Source of the DNA: an uncultured delta proteobacterium
Lineage (GTDB): Bacteria; Desulfobacterota; Desulfobacteria; Desulfobacterales; Desulfatirhabdiaceae
Direction of reading: 5' to 3'
Length of the DNA stretch: 64,000 nt
Assembly (NCBI GenBank): GCA_963850225.1
Contig: CAWKLD010000002.1
Coordinates: 10,107 to 74,106, forward strand
Part shown: in pieces, positions 30,549 through 39,830 of the stretch
Position numbering within the stretch: position 1 is the first letter of the stretch
Layout: each line of letters opens with the position of its first letter
The notes under the pieces: generated by a model
What the model was told of the DNA's origin: nothing
Database searches by the model: none
Seen by the model: the letters and a program-made list of their open reading frames with translations, nothing else
Position numbers and translations under genes: made by a program

Positions 30549-32405
30549 CTAATCATTACTGCCGCCGGAAAGCTGGTTTTCATGACAGAGATCGCAACTG
30601 ACCTGCGTACCTTTGGGAATGGGAACTATGCGTCCTTCCACAGAAAACGTCCGGTTCACGGCTGCCCTGGAAATAACCGTCCCGGCTCCGGTCACACCAT
30701 GACATGTCCCACAAGCTTGCTGAGATTTGAATTTTTCATGTCCGTTGACCCATGCCTGACTGTTTACATTGTGCATGCCGTGTGGCCCGCCGTTAGGAGT
30801 CAGGGGCAATCCGCTTCCATGACAGGCCGTGCATTCTGTGATCATGCCGTCATGGCCCTGAATCGCAGTAGCAGCCAGGTTGTCATTTGCCTCCCGGGAC
30901 GGCCATTCCGCATGGGGGCTACCGTGACAGGACTCACATGCCACGCCGTTATGTCCAACGCTGTTCCGATAAAGTGTGTTATCCTGCTCGGCAAAGCGCT
31001 TGTTTGCAGCAACGATAGTGGTGGCCTTGTCCGGGCTATCGGCATAGGCGCTGCGCCGTATGATCTGGCCACCGTAGTTATTGATTGCGTCACCCGTGTG
31101 GCAGGACTGGCATTTGGGCAGGTCGGTCCATGGCTGACGGTTTGCCTGGGCCACCGCGTTCATGGTACCGTGACAGTCCAGACAACTCAGGCCTGCCGTA
31201 TCCATAGCGCCTCTGGCGCATTGCGTTTTTTCACCCGGATGGCAATAATAACAGGCGTTTCCACTGGGCGGCTGTGTGGTGGTCCGCGAGGCATGATACC
31301 CGTGAACGGCCCGAGACAGGGTCGGATTCATGACTTGAGGCCCCACAGGCCCGGTGTGCCCCAGATCCAGCGCGGGGGAATAATGGCAGGACGCGCAGAG
31401 AACCGGCTGGCTGCTGAAAAGCGTCGTGTTGTTTCTATAATCGTGAAGAATCAAAATGTTTTCCCTGAACTGAATCGCGGGATCGACACTTTTGCTCCAT
31501 TTAACACCTGCAAGGCTAGCCCCCACATTGCCAGTATCGTGACAGACGTTACAGGCCATTTCATTGGATACGGGAACCACCACAGGAAGAGAAGAAAGGA
31601 TTTTTGCGTTTGCCGGGTCCAGGGCATGTACATTCATCAATGGATAGGAATTGATTTTATTGTTGTCGTCAACCGCCGTTATCGGAATGCCTGGGGCAGC
31701 AAACCAATTCGTCGATCCACCCTCCCATGAAAAAGGTTGAGGCTGATTAACGGATCCGGGCATTTTTGCTCCCAGCAATCCCTCATCAACCGGAGGGTTC
31801 ATACCGAACAGGGCAAGCACATGGACCCAGAAATTTGTTTTGCCGAAACTGGTCGAATTGATCGATCCTGTCCCGTCCGCCATGGCCTGGTATGTAACTT
31901 TGGCAGCCGGACCAATAATTTTTGGAGAGCTTCCTTTCTGAATAACCTGCGCATGCAGCACATTAAAGACCGGCAGAATACTGAAAACAGAAAAATCGGG
32001 ATCATAGCAGTGCATGCCAAGATCATTGAAAGCAAATACCTGGAAATTTCCCGACAGCGGTGAGGGATTGATGATGACCTCCAAAATGTTCGAATACGGG
32101 CTCAGTCCGGAGCCATCACGGGCCTGAATCGCCAAATAATAGGCGGCCCCAACCCAAAGATTTCCCGACAAACCGGTTGACATCCCCATATCCGCAGTTC
32201 CTATTGACGCAATGCCCGTGAAGGGAATCGGGGCAAAAGACAGGGTATAGCCCGTTGCCCCCTGAACAGGAGTCCAGGAGATATCAACCCAGGTTCCAGA
32301 AGTTACCAGGCTTAGTACCGGAGGTTGTGGTTGAGAATGCGCCAAACCGGATATCAGCAAGATTATGGCGCTGGTCACGATTAGTAAGTGTTTGTTCCAT
32401 TTCAT
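30549..32405 (-). CDS. secreted nonaheme c-type cytochrome with N-terminal FN3-like module
   Basis: 618 aa, intact. Signal peptide. Nine CXXCH motifs (CNVCH, CASCH, CYYCH, CLDCH, CQSCH, CESCH, CTACH, CGTCH, CDLCH). RBS GGGAGAA. The N-terminal roughly 90 aa is paralogous to the oxidase N-terminus. Confidence 0.85.
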   Translation of the reverse strand: MKWNKHLLIVTSAIILLISGLAHSQPQPPVLSLVTSGTWVDISWTPVQGATGYTLSFAPIPFTGIASIGTADMGMSTGLSGNLWVGAAYYLAIQARDGSGLSPYSNILEVIINPSPLSGNFQVFAFNDLGMHCYDPDFSVFSILPVFNVLHAQVIQKGSSPKIIGPAAKVTYQAMADGTGSINSTSFGKTNFWVHVLALFGMNPPVDEGLLGAKMPGSVNQPQPFSWEGGSTNWFAAPGIPITAVDDNNKINSYPLMNVHALDPANAKILSSLPVVVPVSNEMACNVCHDTGNVGASLAGVKWSKSVDPAIQFRENILILHDYRNNTTLFSSQPVLCASCHYSPALDLGHTGPVGPQVMNPTLSRAVHGYHASRTTTQPPSGNACYYCHPGEKTQCARGAMDTAGLSCLDCHGTMNAVAQANRQPWTDLPKCQSCHTGDAINNYGGQIIRRSAYADSPDKATTIVAANKRFAEQDNTLYRNSVGHNGVACESCHGSPHAEWPSREANDNLAATAIQGHDGMITECTACHGSGLPLTPNGGPHGMHNVNSQAWVNGHEKFKSQQACGTCHGVTGAGTVISRAAVNRTFSVEGRIVPIPKGTQVSCDLCHENQLSGGSND

Positions 32406-32795
32406 ACCATTCTCCCTATCTATTTGATTCTAGAATCGATTTTTGTAAGATGTATGGTGCAGTTCCAACATTATACATCCACCACACCCCCTTTCTTGCA
32501 AGAATGTATTCACATCTATTACAAAATTTAATAACCTTTTTACAATATATTATCACAATTTAATTTAATAGTAATCATTATTTTTTAGATTTTACAACTT
32601 TTCTTAACTAACGAGACCACATAATTTTCAGCCGAGCTACTGAACTGCTGTTCTATGAAATGGATGAAATATGCTTTTCTAAAATGCTGAATATTCCAGT
32701 CATTTAAGAACAGACGTTGACAATACGGCGCGCATTCAGTATGTGAGAGTAAAAGCAAAAACACTCAGGCGTCTATCGCAGAAAGGTCTAAACCC

Positions 32796-34289
32796 ATGCA
32801 GCTTTACCGGGAAAATTACATTAAAGCCCTGCACACCGAACTGCTGGAGATGGTCGAAAAGCACCTTACGCCGGTGGCAGTGCGTTACGGCTACAGTGAA
32901 ACTCCGCTCGAAGCCACAATCAAGTGGCGCCCCCTGGTACTGGTGCTGGGCAACTATTCCTCGGGCAAATCAGCCTTGATCAACGAGTTTTTGGGAAGCG
33001 ACATACAGAAAACAGGACAGGCGCCCACCGACGATTCGTTCACAATCCTGACTTACGACGACAACTCCGATCCGGACAGACCCATTCATGTGACCGAGGA
33101 GCGCGACGGTAATTTTCTCCTCAATGACCCGGTGTATCCGTTTGAATCCATGAAAAAACACGGCCAACGTTTTAAGGCGCATTTCCGGCTGAAAAAGGTA
33201 AACTCGCCTTTTCTGAAGGAACTGGCCATCATAGATACCCCTGGCATGCTGGACAGCGTCACCGAGCGCGACAGAGGCTACAACTATCAGGAAGTTATCG
33301 GCGATTTCGCTCAACTCGCCGACCTGATTCTGGTGCTTTTCGACCCGCACAAGGCCGGAACCATCCGCGAGGTGCATACCAGCCTGCGCGAAACCCTTCC
33401 GGCACGCACATTTGAAGACCGGGTGCTCTTTGTGCTCAACAGGATCGACGAATGCGCATCACTCAACGACCTGCTGCGGGTCTATGGCACCTTGTGCTGG
33501 AATCTGTCGCAGATCACCGGCCGCAAAGACATTCCCATGATCCATTTGACTTATTCTCAGCGTGCGGGCATCGATTCACGCAACCAGCGCGAAGACGACC
33601 TAAGCTATCTCCAGTATCTGGAAAACCAGCGGGAAGATCTGAAAAAAGCGGTGATGGAAGCCCCGCGACACCGCTTAGACCATCTGGCCGCCTCCGTGGA
33701 AACTCATTCAGAGCGCCTCTGCCAAATGCTGCAAGCCTTGGTGAATTACCGCAAAAAACGTTCCAGCTTCAGCATGAAAAACCTTATCACCGGTGCAATG
33801 CTTAGCATGGTCTGCGCCGGTGCCACGATCGCCGGACTGCTCGTATCGGGCATATTCGGAGGGCTGGACCCGGTCGGATTGATGGTGGCCGAAGGCCTTC
33901 TGTCCACGGCTTTTTTTCTGATCTGGATTCTGGTGATCTGGAAAATGGCGTTACGCCGTTTCCACCGGAGTCAACTGGAACAGCCCGAAACCCTGATCTC
34001 CTTAAAGACACAGACGCATCAGGACAACTGGAAGGCGGTTCAGGACAATGTTATCGCTTTTCTCGAAAAAAACGACGGAAGCTTTTCATCGGGAATCGCA
34101 AAAAAAGATTATGAAGCCATGATGGCCGTTTTTCAAAAAGGTTCACGGGAAATCCGGGAAGCCCTCAACGAACTTTCAGCCCTGCGCCCGGATGAACCTT
34201 TGACAGAGCCACCAGGCCCCTTTCTCGCCTCTCTGGAGCTTGAAAAAAATGAAGACCGACCCTTAAGGGATTCAGCTATGATGATTTAG
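32796..34289 (+). CDS. dynamin-family GTPase with C-terminal transmembrane hairpin
   Basis: 497 aa. G1 GNYSSGKS, G3 IIDTPGM, G4-like LNRID. Two hydrophobic helices (ITGAMLSMVCAGATIAGLLVSGIF, LLSTAFFLIWILVIW) near residues 335-395. Confidence 0.7.
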   Translation: MQLYRENYIKALHTELLEMVEKHLTPVAVRYGYSETPLEATIKWRPLVLVLGNYSSGKSALINEFLGSDIQKTGQAPTDDSFTILTYDDNSDPDRPIHVTEERDGNFLLNDPVYPFESMKKHGQRFKAHFRLKKVNSPFLKELAIIDTPGMLDSVTERDRGYNYQEVIGDFAQLADLILVLFDPHKAGTIREVHTSLRETLPARTFEDRVLFVLNRIDECASLNDLLRVYGTLCWNLSQITGRKDIPMIHLTYSQRAGIDSRNQREDDLSYLQYLENQREDLKKAVMEAPRHRLDHLAASVETHSERLCQMLQALVNYRKKRSSFSMKNLITGAMLSMVCAGATIAGLLVSGIFGGLDPVGLMVAEGLLSTAFFLIWILVIWKMALRRFHRSQLEQPETLISLKTQTHQDNWKAVQDNVIAFLEKNDGSFSSGIAKKDYEAMMAVFQKGSREIREALNELSALRPDEPLTEPPGPFLASLELEKNEDRPLRDSAMMI

Positions 34290-34320
34290 TAAAAATCAAA
34301 ACAACGATTTTATAAAGCCA

Positions 34321-34536
34321 TCAGCTTTCGAGTTCATCCAGACACGCCATGAAATCTTCTGAAAAAGCATCAAGAAGGATTTGCTCCCGGCCAAATTCCG
34401 ATATATCCTCCGGCTTATTATTGCCGGCGCCGTATTCCACATGCCATCCCCTGGCTTTCAATTTCTGAATCACCATATCCACCTGCTCACGGGTAGCACC
34501 ACTGCCAAGATTTCCTTCTGCAAGAAAGTATTTCAT
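34321..34536 (-). CDS. small hypothetical protein (71 aa)
   Basis: ORF only (MKYFLAEGNLGSGATREQVDMVIQKLKARGWHVEYG...). No recognisable motif. Convergent with the dynamin-like gene. Confidence 0.35.
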   Translation of the reverse strand: MKYFLAEGNLGSGATREQVDMVIQKLKARGWHVEYGAGNNKPEDISEFGREQILLDAFSEDFMACLDELES

Positions 34537-34645
34537 GCAATCATCCTTTCAAATGATTTTGGTCATTATTTCGAATTTCGAAAATTCCATTAAAAAGGGT
34601 TTCCGTTCCGACACTGTGTAATCAGTGATCCATTAAATACCCGGA

Positions 34646-36814
34646 TCATCTTTCAATAAACCTTCGGTACTCCACCATTCTGGAAAAAGCCTTTACAGCC
34701 CGCTCCGGGCTTTCGTAAAATATGCCTTTATACCGGCTGTCGTTGACGCTGCAAACGGTTTTGTCCTGGCATTCCTTCAGCAGGCTGACGCCAAACACCG
34801 GCTTTTCACAGGTTTCCATCAAGCCAACGATATGCCGGACATATTCGGTTTCAAACTCCAGCATCTTCTCGCTCATCATGGCCAGAAACTCCGATGAATA
34901 GGTCGGATCGGATTTGGATATGGATTCGGCCATTTTATTGGCCAGAATCCTTCGGCCCATGATGCCCAGGTTGATCACCGCATCGCAGCCGTCCCATTTC
35001 ATCAGGGCTTCCATGATGCGGATGGGAATGGTCATGTCATTTTCCCCAACGATATCCACCGGATTTGAATGACTCCAGTAGGGCGGCAGAATGGAATTGA
35101 TATGTGCGATCAGCTCCTTTGAAAGCTCCGGAACTTCAATATGGTATTCCGAGCACAGATCGGCCGTCACGACCCCCCACCCGCCGCCAAGGGTCATGAT
35201 GGCTGCCCGGTTTCCCTTGGGAAGGGGCAGGGACGAAAATGCAGCCGACAGATCCAGCAGATCCATGGAACGTTCCACCTTCACGATACCCGCCTGCCGG
35301 CAGACGGCGTCAAAGATCCGGGAATCCGAGCTCAAGGCTCCGGTATGACTGGCCGCAGCCTTGTTTCCAGCCTGACTCTGCCCGCCTTTCAAAAGGACGA
35401 TGGGCTTTTTTTTGCCGACGCGACGACAGCTTTCCAGAAACCGCCTGCCGTTTTTAACGCTTTCCACATACAGCATTACGGTCTGGGTCAATGAGTCCTT
35501 CTCGAAAGCATCCACATAGTCCTCGATGGTTACCATGGCTTCATTGCCGGAGCCGCAAAAGGCCCGAATCCCGATGCCCTGCTGCTCGGCAAAAGCCAGA
35601 AGCTGTGTGCCCATATTTCCGGACTGGGCAACCACGGCCGTTGATCCGGGTTCCGGAAGCACATGGCTTCCAGTACAATACAGGTGTATATGCGGGTTGC
35701 AGATTCCCATGGTATTGGGACCGATAACCAGAACACCGTTCTGCGCGGCTTTTTGAATGAGTTCTACTTCCAGAAGCTTTCCGGAGGGACCGACTTCAGC
35801 AAATCCGGATGAGATCAGCAGCATGTTGGTAATACCCTTGGCCTTAAACTGAGGAAGCAGGCCCATGACAGCAACCGCCGGTACCGTAACCACGGCCAGG
35901 TCGATTTTCCCCGGAACCTCGGCAACCGACCGGAAAACCGGGCGGTTCGCGATGGTCCCGCCTTTGGGATTGACCAGGAAAATCTCCCCTTTATAGCCCC
36001 TTCCGGCGGTGATGGCAAAGAGCATATGCCCCCATTTTCCGATCATGGCGGAAGCCCCGACAAAGGCAATGGAACGGGGATAGAAAAGCGAACCAATGGC
36101 GTAAGGATCAATGGCCGGCAGATGTTTCTGAAAAACCGTCTCTGCCTCCAGGACGACCAGTGCGTCCACGGCACATACAGCGCCATTAGATGCTATCAAC
36201 AAGGGGTTGATATCAATTTCTGAAATCTGGGGATGGGCCAGGGCCACTCGGGACAAGCCCATCAATGTTTGAACGACGGCATCAATATGAACGGCGGATT
36301 CTCCCCTGAACTCCCCCAGAATCCGCTTTGCCTTGATTTCACCGATCATCTCCAGGGCATCGGTTTGGGTAAGGGGCGCCACCCGAAGCGTGACATCGGA
36401 AAGCGCTTCGGTAAAAATACCACCCAGCCCCAGCATGACGACCGGCCCGAACTGCCTGTCCCGAAACAGGCCGGCAACCAGTTCGCGTTTTCCCTGAATA
36501 AAAGGCTGAACAAGAAAGCCTTCGAGTTCCGAGCCGGCTTCGGCAGCCATGGCCGTTGCGGCAGCAATCACCGCCTGAGAAGAAGACAGATTTACCTGCA
36601 CCAGTCCCCGCTCGGTTTTATGCAGCAGGGTTGACCCAAGGGCTTTAATTACAACGGGAAATCCCATTGTTTCGGAAACTGCAACCGCATCATCCACATG
36701 CTGTGCGATTTTTTCCGGAACCACCGGAACCCCGAACGCCGACAACAGGATTTTGGATTCATATTCGTTCAGGGCACGTTTGCCCAGAGACAGCGCTTTT
36801 TCAAGGATTTGCAC
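34646..36814 (-). CDS. ADP-forming acetyl-CoA synthetase (acetate--CoA ligase family), fused beta-alpha domain order
   Basis: 722 aa. N-terminal ATP-grasp part (NEYESKILLSAFGVPV...), then CoA-binding/ligase part (SIAFVGAS..., GPNTMG, catalytic His in AAASHTGAL). GTG start preceded by AAGGAG. Confidence 0.85.
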   Translation of the reverse strand: MQILEKALSLGKRALNEYESKILLSAFGVPVVPEKIAQHVDDAVAVSETMGFPVVIKALGSTLLHKTERGLVQVNLSSSQAVIAAATAMAAEAGSELEGFLVQPFIQGKRELVAGLFRDRQFGPVVMLGLGGIFTEALSDVTLRVAPLTQTDALEMIGEIKAKRILGEFRGESAVHIDAVVQTLMGLSRVALAHPQISEIDINPLLIASNGAVCAVDALVVLEAETVFQKHLPAIDPYAIGSLFYPRSIAFVGASAMIGKWGHMLFAITAGRGYKGEIFLVNPKGGTIANRPVFRSVAEVPGKIDLAVVTVPAVAVMGLLPQFKAKGITNMLLISSGFAEVGPSGKLLEVELIQKAAQNGVLVIGPNTMGICNPHIHLYCTGSHVLPEPGSTAVVAQSGNMGTQLLAFAEQQGIGIRAFCGSGNEAMVTIEDYVDAFEKDSLTQTVMLYVESVKNGRRFLESCRRVGKKKPIVLLKGGQSQAGNKAAASHTGALSSDSRIFDAVCRQAGIVKVERSMDLLDLSAAFSSLPLPKGNRAAIMTLGGGWGVVTADLCSEYHIEVPELSKELIAHINSILPPYWSHSNPVDIVGENDMTIPIRIMEALMKWDGCDAVINLGIMGRRILANKMAESISKSDPTYSSEFLAMMSEKMLEFETEYVRHIVGLMETCEKPVFGVSLLKECQDKTVCSVNDSRYKGIFYESPERAVKAFSRMVEYRRFIER

Positions 36815-36844
36815 GGGTAATCTCCTTATTGTAAATTTTCGAAA

Positions 36845-36881
36845 CTATAACCGAGGCATCGGGGATTTGTCAATTTATCAA
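36845..36881 (-). promoter_or_regulatory. candidate sigma-70 promoter of the ACS gene with TTGATAAATTGACAAAT motif
   Basis: On the minus strand: TTGACA (36868-36873), 17-nt spacer, TTATAG (36845-36850), about 30 nt upstream of the start. The -35 is embedded in a tandem TTGAYAAA motif like those at 589 and 7065. Confidence 0.45.
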
Positions 36882-37099
36882 AGTAAACATTCATGAACCG
36901 GCGATAAATTAGTCCCCAAGAATAAAATCTCTGAAAACCCGGGCTTCCCGCGTAATTACACTGTAAGTTAAGTCCGAAATAATCGGTGGCATTGCATTAT
37001 GAAGGTGTTTATGGTTATATGAATAAGGCTGGCAGCATCCGGGTTCAGCCCCCAAGTCATTTTGCTTAACCCATAACCTTATTCGAGCTTTTTTTAAAC

Positions 37100-37903
37100 A
37101 TGAAGATTTGCAGGAAAATCAATTTCGGACCGGTTACCGCCTTTCAGCTGGGATCCAGCCCGCTCGGCCCTCCCCTGATGTCGGTGCACATGTATGTTGT
37201 GGACGCAGTGGCGATTGATACTGCCCAGCGCAACATGCGGTCTGAAGTGATCGGGCTGTTGAAAGACCATTTTATCGAACGGATTCTTCTGACCCACTAC
37301 CATGAAGACCACAGCGGCAATGCCGCGCAGATTCGCAACTTGTTCTCCGCCGAGGTTCTGGGCCACTCTCTGACCACTGAAAAAATGAACGGTTGTCTTA
37401 ACATTCTCCCCTATCAGCATCTGGTATGGGGAAAAGCGGATCGCGTACCGGTTTCCCCCCTTCCTGACTGCATCGATACCGGCCGCTGCCGCTTTATTCC
37501 GGTTCACACCCCCGGTCACAGCAAAGACCATACGGTATACCTGGAAACCCAGAACGGCTGGCTGTTTTCCGGCGATCTTTACCTGGGAGATCATATCAAG
37601 TACTTTCGGTCCGACGAGAAATTCAGCGATCAGTTAACTTCCCTAAAAACCGTATTAGCCCTTGATTTTCAAGCGCTGTTCTGTGGTCATCACCCGATTC
37701 CCAGAGGCGGAAAGGCCAGATTGACCGCCAAACTGGCTTTTCTGGAGGATTTTTTCGGAAGGGTTATGGATTTGAACCGGACAGGGCTGACCGAATCCGA
37801 GATCATTGCACGGCTCGACCTTAAACAGGATCGCCTGGTGAAGTGGGTAACGCTGGGAAATGCCAGCTTTGCCAACATGGTCAAATCCGTATTGACCCTA
37901 TGA
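37100..37903 (+). CDS. MBL-fold metallo-hydrolase
   Basis: 267 aa. THYHEDHSGN (HxHxDH) motif and downstream His/Asp ligands (HTPGHS, GDLY). Confidence 0.75.
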   Translation: MKICRKINFGPVTAFQLGSSPLGPPLMSVHMYVVDAVAIDTAQRNMRSEVIGLLKDHFIERILLTHYHEDHSGNAAQIRNLFSAEVLGHSLTTEKMNGCLNILPYQHLVWGKADRVPVSPLPDCIDTGRCRFIPVHTPGHSKDHTVYLETQNGWLFSGDLYLGDHIKYFRSDEKFSDQLTSLKTVLALDFQALFCGHHPIPRGGKARLTAKLAFLEDFFGRVMDLNRTGLTESEIIARLDLKQDRLVKWVTLGNASFANMVKSVLTL

Positions 37904-38013
37904 CTATTCTACGGCATGGCTTGCTTTTTGAATCAGATGTGATTATATTTTTAGCCAATGTCTGGCCCTGAGCAGGTTGTTAAACGCATACTTACAGAAT
38001 AATAGATAATACA

Positions 38014-39792
38014 ATGAATATTCAAAACGAAAACATACCCAATCCCAAAGAGATTGAAAAAGAAATCGGTGAATTCCTGGCAAAAAAATTCGGGGGTTCG
38101 GTGAAGATGTTATCCCAGGAAGTACTTCCTCAGGAAAACGCCCTTGATGCTTCCGGCAAAGCGCCTAAATCAGAAAAACCGTTTCATTTCAATATGAAAC
38201 CCGAAGATCTCATTTCGTATCTGGATCAATATATTGTCAAACAGGATCATGCCAAAGCGGTTCTGGCAACCAAAATCTGCACGCATTTCAACCGCATTAA
38301 ACACGCAAAATCCGGTTCCGACTCTCCACATGACATGGTGGGGAGCATCAAGAACAATGTGCTGATGATTGGTCCGACCGGTGTGGGGAAAACCTATCTG
38401 ATCAAGCTGATAGCCAAAAAAATCGGGGTTCCCTTTGTCAAGGGAGACGCCACCAAGTTCAGTGAAACCGGCTATGTCGGCGGAGATGTGGAAGATCTGG
38501 TCCGGGACCTGGTCCGGGAAGCCGATGACAACATCGAATTGGCGCAGCATGGCATCATCTATATCGATGAAATCGATAAAATTGCCGGCAGCCGGAACAT
38601 GATCGGCGCGGACGTATCCCGGACCGGTGTTCAGCGGGCACTGTTAAAGCCCATGGAAGAAACCGAAGTGGATCTGAAGGTTCCCCATGATCCCATTTCC
38701 ATGCTTCAGGAAATCGAGCGATTCCGAAAAACCGGCAACCGCGAAAAACGATCCGTCAACACCAAAAACATCCTTTTTATCATGAGCGGGGCTTTCGGCG
38801 ATCTGACGGAAATCATACATCGCCGTATGACCAACCAGAACATTGGCTTCGGGGCTCCCGTCAGAACTCAGAAGGACCGCCAGGATATTTTGAGTCATGT
38901 CAAATCCGAAGATCTGATTGAATTCGGTTTTGAATCCGAGTTTGTCGGCCGCCTTCCGGTTCGGGCCATATTTGAACGACTGACCGAAGATGACCTGTTC
39001 GAAATTCTCAAAAACCCCAATAACCCGGTCATTCTAGGAAAAAAACTGGATTTTGCAGCTTATGGCATTGACATCAAATTTGATGATCCGGTGCTTAGAA
39101 TTTTGGCAAAAAACGCATTCATGGAGAATACCGGGGCAAGGGGCCTGGTGAGCGCAGTCGAAAAAACCCTGCTTGTTTTTGAGCGCTGCCTGCCTTCTTC
39201 TGAGGTGAAAAAATTTCCGGTGACACTATCTGTCGTGAAAGCGCCTGAGCAAGCACTCGAAAGTCTAATTGACACTGAAAAAACCCATGATGTTCAGGAA
39301 GAATTTGACAGGCTGGCAAAGAATGAACGCACCGCTATCAAGGCTTATCTTCACACCAACCGGAAAAATCTTTCAGAAAAATATGGTCTTACCCTGACAC
39401 CATCCAGAATGGATATCGTAACCGCTTTCTATTCCAAAAACGTGATGGATGTGGGACATATTATTTATAAAGTCAAATCCTTGTATGATGAAATCAAAAA
39501 AATAGAACTCTCGTTTTACAAAAAACATGATATCAATATAGTGCTGGAAGACGACGCCATTGACTTTATCATCGAACAACTGGCCAATCCCGCAATTCAT
39601 ATTGCGGATTTTGAGCGGCAGCTTTCCATCGATTTTGAGCTGGGTCTCAAACTGGTTCGGGAAAAGACCGGCAGAAACCGGTTTTTCATTACCCGAAAAG
39701 CCCTGCTGGAGCCTGAAACCTTTATCAGCAATCTCATCAAGGATGAACTTCGGGGCGTTGCGTTAAACCTCCCCGATCGCCGGACTCGCTGA
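38014..39792 (+). CDS. ClpX/HslU-family AAA+ ATPase, orphan (no zinc finger, no adjacent protease), with roughly 190-aa C-terminal extension
   Basis: 592 aa. YLDQYIVKQDHAKAVLA, Walker A GPTGVGKT, DATKFSETGYVGGDVEDLVRDL, Walker B IIYIDEIDK and sensor regions GARGL. No ClpP/HslV gene in the window. Confidence 0.75.
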   Translation: MNIQNENIPNPKEIEKEIGEFLAKKFGGSVKMLSQEVLPQENALDASGKAPKSEKPFHFNMKPEDLISYLDQYIVKQDHAKAVLATKICTHFNRIKHAKSGSDSPHDMVGSIKNNVLMIGPTGVGKTYLIKLIAKKIGVPFVKGDATKFSETGYVGGDVEDLVRDLVREADDNIELAQHGIIYIDEIDKIAGSRNMIGADVSRTGVQRALLKPMEETEVDLKVPHDPISMLQEIERFRKTGNREKRSVNTKNILFIMSGAFGDLTEIIHRRMTNQNIGFGAPVRTQKDRQDILSHVKSEDLIEFGFESEFVGRLPVRAIFERLTEDDLFEILKNPNNPVILGKKLDFAAYGIDIKFDDPVLRILAKNAFMENTGARGLVSAVEKTLLVFERCLPSSEVKKFPVTLSVVKAPEQALESLIDTEKTHDVQEEFDRLAKNERTAIKAYLHTNRKNLSEKYGLTLTPSRMDIVTAFYSKNVMDVGHIIYKVKSLYDEIKKIELSFYKKHDINIVLEDDAIDFIIEQLANPAIHIADFERQLSIDFELGLKLVREKTGRNRFFITRKALLEPETFISNLIKDELRGVALNLPDRRTR

Positions 39793-39830
39793 AACGGCTC
39801 CCAACTGTAACCCCAAATGAAAGACAATTC

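Noticed and set aside
30582-31730. 382-aa ORF on the plus strand
   Set aside because: Antisense to the nonaheme cytochrome, whose nine CXXCH motifs fix the real frame and strand.
32426-32504. Perfect 12-bp palindromes GATTCTAGAATC (32426-32437) and TTCTTGCAAGAA (32493-32504) upstream of the cytochrome gene
   Set aside because: With 6-bp arms, about 15 such palindromes are expected by chance in 64 kb. They are not significant on their own.
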